Assembly (NCBI GenBank): GCA_951406725.2
Contig: OX597819.1
Span: 8,432,001-8,496,000 of the forward strand
DNA length: 64,000 nucleotides
Direction: 5' to 3'
DNA from: Octopus vulgaris
Taxonomy: Eukaryota
Below, piece by piece: positions 28,386-41,438 of the stretch. The translations under genes and the position numbers were made by a program. Numbering within the stretch: the first letter of the stretch is position 1; the number at the start of each line of letters is the position of its first letter. The notes under the pieces were generated by a model, which saw only the letters and a list, made by a program, of their open reading frames with translations, was not told the origin of the DNA and ran no database searches.

Positions 28386-28735
28386 AACAACAAACAAGAT
28401 GAGGACAAAATCCGTCGAAATGTAAATAATGTAAATAATGTATATTCCAAACAGTTTCCGATTAGTCAGATTCTCTCAAACTACTTTGTGTTGATCTTAG
28501 GCAATGGAAAAGTAACCCGCCCAGCATGCCACACACTCGGATCAACCCAGAACCTCATTCAGTCTGCTAATCTACTAGTGTATGTTTCTGACATTTCACT
28601 GCTCTTATGGTCGTTTCATTATCGACATTTCTAAATAGGCTATTCTAAATTTTTATGTTAGTGTAATATTCGTTGAATGACTAAAAACACGAGATATTTT
28701 CAGGTATTTTATCAATGAGCTCACCTATTGTATAA

Positions 28736-28966
28736 GGCGGCGAGCTGGCAGAAGCGTTAGCACGCCGGGCGAAATGCTAAGCGGTATTTCGTCTGCCGTT
28801 ACGTTCTGATTTAAAATCCCGCCGAGGTCGACTTTGCCTTTCATCCTTTCGGGGTCGATAAATTAAGTACCAGCTACGCACTGGGGTCGATGTAATCGAC
28901 TTAATCCGTTTGTCTGTCCTTGTTTGTCCCCTCTGCGTTTCGCCCCTTGTGGGTAGTAAAGAAATA
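28736..28966 (+). mobile_element. SINE family C (central GCCTTTCATCCTTTCGGGGTCGATAAATTAAGTACC, resembling the Meta-SINE domain)
   Basis: Matches 47497-47722, 50858-51065 and 63240-63465, plus several more decayed copies. Confidence 0.85.
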
Positions 28967-29378
28967 TATATTGAATAATACACATCATTACAATGATAGT
29001 ACTCGGTTGAGATTGAACTAGCCTACATACGATTAAAAGTTAACATTAGTCAGTTTCTTTACACGTAGGTTTTTGCATATATGTCATTTCTGGTTGGGTC
29101 CCACAGATGGTAGCCTTGGACACTTGTTCTCAATAAAATCCTCGATTTGAGTAATAATATAGGAATGAAATTAAGGTGGCGGAGAGTGTGTCGAAGTCCA
29201 ACGGTCACACACACACACATAAGTACAGAGAAACACACACACATATACGTAAGTGTGTGTATGTGTGTGAGCGTGTGTGTATGTATATGTACATACGTGC
29301 GTATTGATGTATCTGTTGATAAGCTGCGAGTTTGTATAGTCCTTATCAAAATAATATATTCTACTATAAACTAGCATT

Positions 29379-29788
29379 CAGGAGTGGCTGTGTGGTAAGT
29401 AGCTTGCCTACCAACCACATGGTTCCGGGTTCAGTCCCACTGCGCACTCGTATGGTCTGTTTCAGTTCTTGCAGCAATGCACCCGGGCCGACCAATGCCT
29501 TGTGAGTGGATTTGGTAGACGGAAACTGAAAGAAGCCCGTCGTATATATGTATATATATATATGTGTGTGTATATGTTTGTGTGTCTGTGTTTGTCCCCC
29601 TAGCATTGTTTGACAACCGATACTGGTGTGTTTACGTCCCCGTCACTTTGCGGTTCGGCAAAAAGAAACCGATAGAATAAGTACTGGGCTTACAAAGAAT
29701 AAGTCCCGGGGTCGATTTGCTCGACTAAAGGCGGTGCTCCAGCATGGCCGCAGTCAAATGACTGAAACAAGTAAAAGAGTAAAGAGTA
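29379..29788 (+). mobile_element. SINE family B with substituted central segment
   Basis: Family match except ~29445-29481, which replaces the CORE-like part. Confidence 0.9.
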
Positions 29789-30299
29789 ATAGAGTTTGGT
29801 TGAGTAAGATTTGACTGCTATTTCTAGCATGTTTTGCGATGACATAGGGATCTTCTTTCTCCTCGTTGGCTGAGTGTAACTGCGCCGCGCGTGGGTAGAA
29901 ACGCTTGGAACGCACGAGGAAGCCTTGGGAGGATTTATCAATGAACTTTTTACTCAGCTGACACATAATTGCATACATCAATAGAATGACAGACAGACAG
30001 ACAAATAGACAAGCTGAGAAACACTCCCACACAAGCGCTGCTGCTGCCCCCTTTCCTCTAATCCTACCTGCTAATTCTCCTGTTCCTGCTCCTCTTTTTA
30101 CCTTAGCCATATGCTGGTTTGTTCGTTCGTGACTCCCTTTGCAAATATAACTCCTACTTCTCTCTCCAATACCTTTCCTTTCTTTCTTTCTTATTCCGTT
30201 TCTTTGATTTTTATCTAATAGTCTGTAATTATCGCAGCTCTTCATTTTCCCTCATTCCATTCTACTCTGTCTGTCTGTCTGTCTGTCTCTGACTCTCTG

Positions 30300-30333
<34 letters not shown>

Positions 30334-30416
30334 CCGTTTCTTTTCCCCCCAATCAATCCCTCTCCCATAGTTATTCCTTTTTCCTTTCTCTGAATGCTTT
30401 ATCTTGTTCCTGAAAA

Positions 30417-30575
<159 letters not shown>

Positions 30576-30871
30576 TTCTGCGCACACACAGACAAATACT
30601 AATTTTTCGCCCATTTATATTCTTATGAGACATTGACTGTCTAAAAACGAAAGTGAAAGTGAAGATGTGATACTCAAGCGTTTCTAAAGACACTGAAGAA
30701 GTCAAAAACACTTGACGTGTAAGCGAAACTATCTCTTCCATAATAAGTCTCTTCTTTTCTTACTTAAACCATTAATATTTCCATATTTTGATTATGGAAC
30801 TGCATTATAAAACATTCTGTTTCTAAAACCACGATATGTTTTGAGATGCAATAAAAATTACGTCTGCAAAT

Positions 30872-30925
<54 letters not shown>

Positions 30926-31247
30926 ATTTAATAAATAAAATATATGCATACATACATACATATATGTATGTACCTACATCTACATGCATATATATATATG
31001 GTCCTTCCTGCAAAGGAATCAAATAAAATTCCTTTGATTGATTGATTGATTGACTGATTGATAGATAGCATTGAATAAATAGAGTCATGAATGACTACGT
31101 TTAGACAGCTATTTCATAAACACTACACGTGTAGAGTTTATTAAATAGCTGCCTCACACGATGAATGTCTAAACCTAGACTTGGAAGTATACCGTAATAC
31201 TACCGGCTAGTTGATAATTGTACTCTAATACGTTCCTAACGGAATAC

Positions 31248-31296
<49 letters not shown>

Positions 31297-31298
<2 letters not shown>

Positions 31299-31461
31299 TT
31301 TATTTAAAGCAGCAGAAAATTCAACAAAACCTGTTACTCTGAGTTTCCCGTTGCCGTTCATCGGACAGTTTTTGCTAGCAAACAAATAAAGCATATTACT
31401 CTACCACTGGTATTTGAGTACTCTTTTTCCACCTTGTTTCACATTTATGTGTTTACACCGG
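31297..31461. mobile_element. Small Penelope-LTR-like fragment with apparent internal inversion, in (TA)n
   Basis: The minus-strand segment carries a hammerhead and ends AAATAAAG; the plus-strand segment restarts at AAATAAAG. Flanked on both sides by (TA)n. Confidence 0.6.
31326..31372 (-). ncRNA. Putative type I hammerhead ribozyme (CCGAUGA core, short stem II)
   Basis: AAAACTGT-CCGATGA-A-CG[GCAA]CG-G-GAA-ACTC[A]GAGT-A-ACAGGTTTT. Confidence 0.6.
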
Positions 31462-31481
31462 TATATATATATATATATGTA

Positions 31482-31557
<76 letters not shown>

Positions 31558-31563
<6 letters not shown>

Positions 31564-32095
31564 ATAGTTATCGCCATACTAATATGGCATTCTTATAAAA
31601 ATAAGAAAAAACCTGTCCGCTTATTAGCTCCAAGAGGCCATCGCCTTAAGTTAGCTATTTGATACACAAACTGTATCCATATAACCTTCGAACAAGGGAG
31701 GTCAGTCGCTCCACACTACTTGACCGGCAGCTACAGACGCGTTTCGGGGTATTGCCCCTTTTCAATGCAGCGTAGCCAGCCAGTAGGTGTCGCTTCCGAC
31801 AATCTCTGTTCGATGGTTTTATTTACCTAGTTTCAGTGGAATACATCCACTTGTTTTCAATAATAGAAATATTAAAATAACTAAGTCTCTCTAAAAGAGA
31901 ACAGCGGCAGCGTTCCCGGAAAATAATAGTTATCGCCATACTAATATGGCATTCTTATAAAAATAAGAAAAAAGCTGTCCGCTTATTAGCTCCATGAGGC
32001 CATCGCCTTAAGTTAGCTATTTGATACACAAACTGTATCCATATAACCTTCGAACAAGGGAGGTCAGTCGCTCCACACTACTTGACCGGCAGCTA
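31558..32095 (-). mobile_element. Non-LTR retrozyme-like element: 1.5 tandem copies of a 362-bp unit
   Basis: 31558-31733 is repeated at 31920-32095 (period 362); the unit carries a hammerhead and follows (TA)n. Confidence 0.85.
31730..31771 (-). ncRNA. Type I hammerhead ribozyme, U3-A8 core variant
   Basis: GCTGCA-TTGAAAA-GGGG[CAATA]CCCC-GAA-ACGCGT-C-TGTAGC; GUC cleavage site between 31736 and 31735. Confidence 0.82.
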
Positions 32096-32277
32096 TGTAT
32101 GCATATGTATGTACATATACTTAGAAGTATCTGTCTGGTAAGAAACTTGCTTTCCAGCCACGTGGTTCCCGGGTTAGTCCCACTGCGTGTCACCTTCGGC
32201 AAGTGTTTTCTACGAAAGCTCCGGACCGACGAAAGTCTTATGAGCATTTGGTAGACGGGAACTGAGAGAAGCCCGTC

Positions 32278-32321
<44 letters not shown>

Positions 32322-32787
32322 TTCATGTATGGATATTTATTGACCAGTAGCAAAGGTTAAGCTTGCACTATTATCTCTAAAACTTTCACTAAAACTAAGC
32401 TGCACAATGAAACAACACCAGAAAAATGGAAGTAACAGCTGGTGATTGCTAAAAGTCTGTTACATTCTACAGAAGGTTACTCACGTGTATGATTACAGGA
32501 TCTATGGAGGATCAAATACCAAAACGGCTTGTAAAAGCAGAGGAATATTTTGTACCCTAGAATGAAAATACTAATTTTCAGAAAACTGAAGATTTAGTGC
32601 TTGGTTAAACAATATGTTTAAGCCGTGGACCAGCTATTTAAAGCAATTCTTCGAAGATTATTTGCAATTCCAACAAAAAAGTGTAAGATACGCAGAAAAA
32701 ATTAAGCGTAGGTAGAGATGTACTGAACAACATTTTAATTAATAAAGCTGATGTAAAATTAAGGCACTATAAAAAAATGTGCAAATA

Positions 32788-33185
32788 TCTTTATATATAA
32801 AAGAAGGTTGTGTGTCTGTCTCCTACGATTTAGATTCCTAACTACTCCCACATTTTGCGGTGCAGTTTAACCAAAACCGGGTATCTTATAGTCGTGATTC
32901 ATATCGAGCACTTATGGGTATTAGCGCGCGTCTACGATGAGTCTACGATTTAAAAAAAATTACCATCATTTTTTCCATTTTAATGCATTTTTTGGCTATT
33001 ATATAAGGGAAGTAACTCTCTAAAAATGTCTATTATTAACGATCTCAGAAAAAAAATTTACAGTAATTTTTTTCCTTTGTGGTTAACCATATTGAGATGG
33101 CTATTATACTTGGCTATAACTCTCTAAAAATGCTTATATAGTTATTTCCCTTACAAACCCGAGCAACGCCGGGCTATACTGCTAG
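32788..33185 (+). mobile_element. Non-autonomous Helitron
   Basis: 5' A|TCTTTATATATAAA; 3' hairpin CCCGAGCAACGCCGGG (33158-33173) then CTAG|T; no TSD; homologous copy at 47976-48375. Confidence 0.88.
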
Positions 33186-33849
33186 TAACAAATAAAAGCT
33201 GTTCGATTTCTTTCCCTATTCATAATTGCACCTGTCGCCCTAGTAGTTGAACAGGCAACACAACGAAAATTCTCACTTGTTATAGATAAACTGAAATGAA
33301 TATTCCAGTGAGAAATCCTGCTATTCTATTTATTTGACACAATATCCAATAATTTTCTTTATATTGTTAGGGTCTACAATCAGAAGAAATGTTAAAGTAA
33401 CTCATAAATTGCTTGCCAATAGAAATATCGTCAATGGTGCAAAAACAGTTGATTTGATAACATTTTCATTATGTTACGCGGGAAACTCACTCTTTACAAT
33501 AAAAAAAAAGTTGATATCAATGATCATCCTGGCTTCACACCGAGAATTCTACAAATACCTGGCTATTGGTGAAAATGTAGCATACCTAGGTGAAATGAAC
33601 AAAAATAGAATGACCAGGCATCAAAAAATATGGCGGACAGAACTTTTCTCTTGGAAGTCAATATTCCACAACACATTTCTATGTCAGTAATGATACCAGC
33701 AACGGGGACACTTGACAGAAATGTAGAAGAGGTTTCATTGCTGTTTAAGACTTACACGATCCTGATGTCAAATAGAAGATTCCACAGAAATTGCGATATC
33801 AAATATCTCAGGATATGAAAATGAAGGAAAAGACTTAAGATTAATCCAG

Positions 33850-34246
33850 ATAGGCGTAGGAGTGTCTGTGTGGTAGGTAGCTTGTTTACCAACCACATGG
33901 TTCCGGGTTCAGTCCCACTGTGTGGCACCTTGGACAAGTGTCTTCTACTATAGCCTCGGGCCGACCAAAGCCTTGTGAGTGGATTTGGTAGACGGAAACT
34001 GAAAGAAGCCCGTCGTATATATGTATATATATGCGTGTGTGTGTTTGTGTCTGTGTTTGTCCTCCTAGCATTGCTTGACAACCGATGCTGGTGTGTTTAT
34101 GTCCCCGTTCACTTAGCGGTTCGGCAAAAGAGACCGATAGAATAAGTACTGGGCTTACAAAAGAATAAGTCCCGGGGTCGAGTTGCTCGATTAAAGGCGG
34201 TGCTCCAGCATGGCCGCAGTCAAATGACTGAAACAAGTAAAGAATA
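33850..34246 (+). mobile_element. SINE family B
   Basis: Full-length family match. Confidence 0.93.
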
Positions 34247-34749
34247 GCCCCCGGGTGTTGCATGATTTCACTCAGATAGCATCAGATCAAACACAGCAGT
34301 AATTAATACATTAATAATTTCTTCGAAAGTGAAGAAAACAACACATTTCTGATCGGGAGTGAAGATATTGCGTTCGATCTCAAAATTATGTCAAACATGC
34401 TTCAAGAAACATTCTACATCGTCCAAAAAGGTTATGCATGGGTATATTCGCAGGAAACTTGAGAATCATATCAATTGTTTCAAGAAGTGTGCTATTCTTG
34501 GATTCGTATCCTTAAATTATGTCACATTTAGAAATGATGATTATGCTACATATCAGTGGGAAGTATTAATCATTTGACCAGCAGAGGTTCCAGAATGAAA
34601 TAGAGCATTAGCTTTTTACAAAGGATAAAGTTGTTACGAAAACACTATAAAATAAGGGACAGATTTTTAAAAATAATTTTCGTGCAAAGTGTATTTATAC
34701 TTTCAAACATAAGGAATATAAGTGGGCGTTCTCACAGTAATCTGCTTAA

Positions 34750-35090
34750 TGGTGGTGGTGACCCCCTTCGGTCAGACACTGACCATGGGTTTGCACTTAG
34801 AGAGTTACCCTCTGAGGCACAAGTCTGGGCAAGGTTGTTTTATGGAAGACCAGCAGTCGCCCATGCATACCGGTCTCCCCTCTCCACGTCACCGATGTTG
34901 TCCAAGGGAAAGGCAAGGGCCGATACAGCTTGGCACCTGTGACGTCGCAACTCATTTCTACAGTTGAGTGAACTGGAGCAACGTGAAATAAAGTGCCTTG
35001 CTCAAGAACACAACACGCAGCCCGGTCCGGGATTCGAGCTCTCAACCTCACGATCGTAAGCTCGACGCTCTAACCACTGAGCCACTGAGC
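34750..35090 (-). mobile_element. tRNA-derived SINE, family D
   Basis: GTGGCTCAGTGGTTAGAGCG...GAGCTCGAATCCCGG head followed by a GTGTTCTTGAGCAAGGCACTT (CORE/V-like) domain. Confidence 0.8.
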
Positions 35091-35689
35091 AGGACAAATC
35101 TGTTATAGTCATTTGAGACTGGAATAAAATAAAATACACTGTGATGAACGATAACCACCCAGCGAACGTGAACACTGCATTCAATATTAGTAAGAGAGAG
35201 AACATTTCTGAAGAACTATTTTAAAACCATCTTTAACCAGCTTATATATTTTTGCTCCTAATTGGACAAGTTTTGAAGTTATAGCCTGAAAAGAAGTGAA
35301 TTTGGGGAAACTCATACCCTACTGACTTAGAGAGTCGTTGGATTATGTTAGTTCTGGATGCACTAAGACTGGATAAAAGGTGGGCTGGTGTGCATATTGA
35401 GAGGATTTGACTTGGAACTAAGTGTCCTACTAGGTCAATCGGCCTCATTATTTCCTCAGATGTATTCAGTATAGAAATTAGGACAATTAATTTCGAAATA
35501 TATATATATATGTATAGCTTCATTATTCTTATTTTTTATTACTTTATTACATTATATATGAATAGTTTTATCCTGCCTATTCATTCGATTTGCTGCATTT
35601 AATGCAATTGTAGTTTTCAGTTACTCTGTTTAACTCTTCTTCCTTTGGATTACATATACTATTGTACTGGGATAATGAGAGAGAAAAAT

Positions 35690-36415
<726 letters not shown>

Positions 36416-36633
36416 ATCACAAACACCACCATAATTATTACAATCACAACCACGACCAGCTCAATTTATATGACTCATTGCTAAGGCTTGCATTGTGGAA
36501 AGATAGTGATTTTATGTTAGCCTCATTGCAGCGCCACTGTCTGCTGATACAATAACAGCAGCAACAGTTGGTGCAGCGGATATGTATTTTGTCATTGCAG
36601 CGCCACTGTCCATGTACTGTCCGATAAAACTAG

Positions 36634-37033
36634 ATACTCTTTTACTCTTTTACTTGTTTCAGTCATTTGACTGCGGCCATGCTGGAGCACCGCCTTTTAA
36701 TCGAGCAACTCGACCCCGGGACTTATTCTTTTGTAAGCCCAGTCTCTTTTGCCGAACCGCTAGGTAACGGGGACATAAACACACCAGCACCGGTTGTCAA
36801 GCAATGCTAGGGGGACAAACACAGACATACAAACACACATACACATATATATATATATACATATATACGACGGGCTTCTTTCAGTTTCCGTCTACCAAAT
36901 CCACTCACAAGGCTTTGGTCGGCCCGAGGCTATAGTAGAAGACACTTGCCCAAGATGCCACGCAGTGGGACTGAACCCGGAACCATGTGGCTGGTAAACA
37001 AGCTACTTACCACAAAGCCACTCCTGCGCCTAT
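36634..37033 (-). mobile_element. SINE family B flanked by a ~53-bp direct duplication
   Basis: 36581-36633 vs 37031-37083 (4 mismatches). Confidence 0.92.
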
Positions 37034-37390
37034 GCATTTCGTCATTGCAGCGCCACTGTCTATGCACTGTCCGATAAAACTAGGTCTTGCAAATTATGGA
37101 AGAAATGTTACTCAATCTGTCGAATAGTTGATGCACGTTTAGAAAACTTCATGAAACTTACACACTGAAGCAGACGGGCTAGAAAACGAACACGCACACA
37201 CATATATTCTAGAATATGTGAGCACACATCTAAAAGTACGCGCAACACACACACACACGCACATGCATATATGCATGCAGAAGTCGTGTAAGACTTGTGG
37301 TTAATGTTGTGGGCATATAACCATGAGGTCGGGAATTCGATCCCTCGATGCGTTATGTCCTTCAGCAAAACACATCATTTTATTTCATAT

Positions 37391-37777
37391 GGGATGGAAG
37401 CACTCCGTCGGTTACGACGACGAGGGTTCCGGTTGATCCGATCAACGGAACAGCCTGCTCGTGAAATTAACGTGTAAGTGGCTGAGCACTCCACAGACAC
37501 GTGTACCCTTAACGTAGTTCTCGGGGATATTCAGCGTGACACAGAGAGTGACAAGGCCGGCCCCTTGAAATACAGGTACAACAGAGACAGGAAGTAAGAG
37601 TGAGAGAAAGTTGTGGTGAAAGAGTACAGCAGGGATCACCACCATCCCCTGCCGGAGCCTCGTGGAGCTTTTAGGTGTTTTCGCTCAATAAACACTCACA
37701 ACGCCCGGTCTGGGAATCGAAACCGCGATCCTATGACCGCGAGTCCGCTGCCCTAACCACTGGGCCATTGCGCCTCC
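37391..37777 (-). mobile_element. SINE family A nested in an older CORE-type SINE (~37290-37930, +)
   Basis: TSD TATTTCATAT / TATTTCACAT; the flanks rejoin into a decayed tRNA head (GGGAATTCGATCCC), TGTCCTTCAGCAAAACAC and tail. Confidence 0.9.
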
Positions 37778-38163
37778 TATTTCACATTACTAACCTGAAA
37801 ATAAGTACCGAGTGCCAGTGGGTGGAATAAGCCTGTCACAGACTGGTATCGCGCTCAGGGAATGGGGGGTTGTAGCCTCTAACTTAAACACCAAAAAAAA
37901 CGGGATAAACCGCAGTCTAATAGGACCCTAAACACACTTTAACATTTTATTATTGCACGCACACACACGCGCACACATATTATATAAGCACAAAAGCATA
38001 TATATATTTGCATATACATATACATTCATACATACATGCATACAAATATATAAATACATAAGTACTGGGAGCACTATACAAAACTGGGATCATTTTATTA
38101 CAGTACACACGCAAACACGCACGCATGAATACACACGCATATTATATGAACACACAAGTATAT

Positions 38164-38258
<95 letters not shown>

Positions 38259-38274
38259 TACATACATACATACA

Positions 38275-38306
<32 letters not shown>

Positions 38307-39981
38307 CATACATACATACATACATATACATACATACATACATACATACATACATACATAACATACATACATACATACATACATACATACATACATACAT
38401 ACATACATACATACATACATACATAAGAACTGCAAGTACAACACAACATTGGGTTCAGTTGACATGTAATCTTGTGAACTCGTGTTCTAGACTTAGCTCG
38501 AAATGAAAAAGTAAACTCCGTTGTGTCTACATTTTTATATTGAAGTTAAATGTGTGCTTACTAAAACACACTCGTGCTCGTAAGGTTACTTTACATTCCT
38601 ATTTATTACTTCTATTTGTTAATGAATTTCTTTTACCAAATCTTTGCCTTTTGGTTCTGTCCGGGTGTTCATATACTCTAAAAAGTTATAAACTACATGT
38701 TCTTGGTCACTTAGAGATAAACCTGTGGGTTTAAATACTGTATCTCCTTTTTTATTTTACAGCGAGACTAAATATGTATTTATTAAGTGCACACAAACTC
38801 CAAAGTTTTATAGGCATTTCTGTTAAATCAGTCGTTTACTAATATTTTACGCAGTTTTATTTGACTTTTTTTCATTCTGTGACTTTCATCCAGTACCATT
38901 TTCCTATGGTGCTTTTCCTCGTGCCATTTTCCCCCTGTGACGTTTTTCCACATTCTCGCTTTTTTTCTTAATTCGCCCATCATCGAAGTCTTTATTATTG
39001 TTTTTAACCAATGTTTCCTTACGAAGATGATTTGAAAGATGCATAGACTTTTCGTGGCATAACTAGAAATAAATATTTGTTAAAATTATCTACACTGAAC
39101 CTTAATTAAATTTGATTACTTAAAATTTCAAGGTTGTCTTCCTTGTCTCTTTTGATAACGACGTATCACTGTTATCCAGGCCTCCTTCTCTTCACCACTG
39201 GGGTGATTTCATTTCATTAGAATTCCTTCGTTCACGGCTGTGTTTAAGTCAATGAAGGAGATTCTAAGGATCAGTCACTCCTCAAGTTAGACACAACAGC
39301 CATATTTTCTTTAAATCACAGCATACCAACTTGAAATGGAAGGATGCATTGAACAACGGATTCTAGACATACGAAAGAAAAACCGTGATGTTCACGGCTG
39401 GAATGCCTTTGATTATAACTGTACATAGTCCCGCTCGGCCTGGAGCAGAACATTTTTCACATATTAATCAGTTTACCCGAGCTACTCCCTTAGAAACGCA
39501 TATACATGAAAATCCCGCTTGCCTATGGTATTCTTCAAAACTACATCAAACAGAAAAGTTGAAAAATGACAAAAAAAGTGCAAAAAGAAAGAAAAAGGAA
39601 ACAGCAACAACTACATAAAAATTTATCCAGATGACTTTATCCCTTTGTCTGGGAGGATCTGAAGAGACTAAAGGCACCAGTTAAAAAGAGAGATATAAGA
39701 GTCGAAATAATTGGTTTGTTTAAACAACTCTAATCTACAGTACTTATCATAAGTGTATGTATGCATAATTATGCGAGAGTGCCTATGCATGTATGTATGT
39801 ATGTATGTATGTATGTATGTATGTATGTATGCATGTATGTATGTATGTATGTATGTATGTATGTATGTATGCATGTATGTATGTATGTATGTATGTATTT
39901 ATGTATGTATGTATGTATGTATGTATGTATGTATGTATGTATGTATGTATGTATGTATGTATGTATGTATGTATGTATGCA

Positions 39982-40018
<37 letters not shown>

Positions 40019-40087
40019 GTATGTATGTATGTATGTATGTAAGTATGTATGTATGTATGTATGTATGTATGCATGTATTTATGTGTG

Positions 40088-40118
<31 letters not shown>

Positions 40119-41010
40119 GTATGTATGTATGTATGTATGTATGTATGCATGTATTTATGTGTGTATGTATGTATGTATGTATGTATGTATGTATTTATGT
40201 ATGTATGTATGCATGTATGCATGTATGTATGTATGTATATGTGTATGGATGGATGCATGTATGTATGTAACGTAGTAGACAATACACAAATCGACGCACA
40301 GACACTGAATGTGTGTTTGTGTGTATACGTCAACAGACAAAATAAATAGATATGCTCGTGTGTATGTTTGCAGTGTATGTACACTCACTGACAGACACTC
40401 ATTTATGCATACATGCATACATGCACATAAACAAACGCATTTGATGCGAGAAATTAGGAACATATGCCTTTATATATATGTTAGAATGAACAGATCGATA
40501 GATCAACAGATCGATCATTTATCGATGAGTGAGAGAATGGAAGGGGCAATAAAAAAACATGAGCAAAAAGAATAGAAGAAAAAGGGTAGATAGAGGCTTT
40601 GGGTATACATTGAATTTTAGCGTTTTTGATGTTTTGTAATAAATTAATTACATTTAAGCTTTGATTAGATTTTTCTCTTTTATCTAATTACGTATGTACA
40701 TAGCTATCTATTTGTTCATATATATATATATAAACATATACGTGTGAATTATACGCACATACATGCACAAACATTTTTAATGAGTGTGTTTTTGAGCAAG
40801 CGCCAGTCTGATGATAGATGTGTGTGCATGGCTGTTGTATATATGCACCTATATATAAGTGTATCAGTAGACACGGCCGTTGCATGCTTGCGTCCATATG
40901 TAAGTGTCTGTACGGCAATGGTGATTTAGCCGGGCGAGACAGTAAATCGTCGAAGTAAATTCAATACACTATTTCTCTTACGGTTTCAATTTCAAATCAC
41001 AACAGTACCT

Positions 41011-41229
41011 TACTCTTTTACTCTTTTACTCTTTTACTTGTTTCAGTCATTTGACTGAAGCCATGCTGGAGCACCGCCTTTAGTCGAGCAAATCGACCCC
41101 AGGACTTATTCTTTGTAAGCCCAGTACTTATTCTATCGGTCTCTTTTGCCGAACCGCTAAGTAACGGGGACATAAACACACCAGCATCGGTTGTCCAGCA
41201 ATGCTAGGGGGACAAACACAGACACACAA

Positions 41230-41264
<35 letters not shown>

Positions 41265-41438
41265 CATATATACGACAGGCTTCTTTCAGTTTCCGTCTAC
41301 CAAATCCACTCACAAGGCATTGGTCGGCCCGGGGCTATAGCAGAAGACACTTGCCCAAGATGCCACGCAGTGGGACTGAACCCGGAACCACGTGGTTGGT
41401 TAGCAAGCTACTTACCACACAGCCACTCCTGCGCCTAT
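41011..41438 (-). mobile_element. SINE family B
   Basis: Full-length family match. Confidence 0.93.

Larger units (their letters stand above)
27798..28443. mobile_element. tRNA-headed, hammerhead-containing SINE-like element inserted as a head-to-head inverted pair, 13-bp TSD
   Basis: Arms 27818-28095 and 28157-28443 are reverse complements; a tRNA-like head lies at 28089-28156 (-); TSD ATTCCAAACAGTT at 27785-27797 and 28444-28456. Confidence 0.88.
32340..34720 (+). mobile_element. Decayed R4/Dong-like LINE RT region, interrupted by a Helitron and SINE B
   Basis: LNNMFKPWTSYLKQFFEDYL, NILINKA, FYKYLAIGENVAYLGEMNKNR..KIWRTEL..HNTF, RFHRNCDI, MHGYIRRKL; similar to the 16-18 kb element. Confidence 0.7.
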
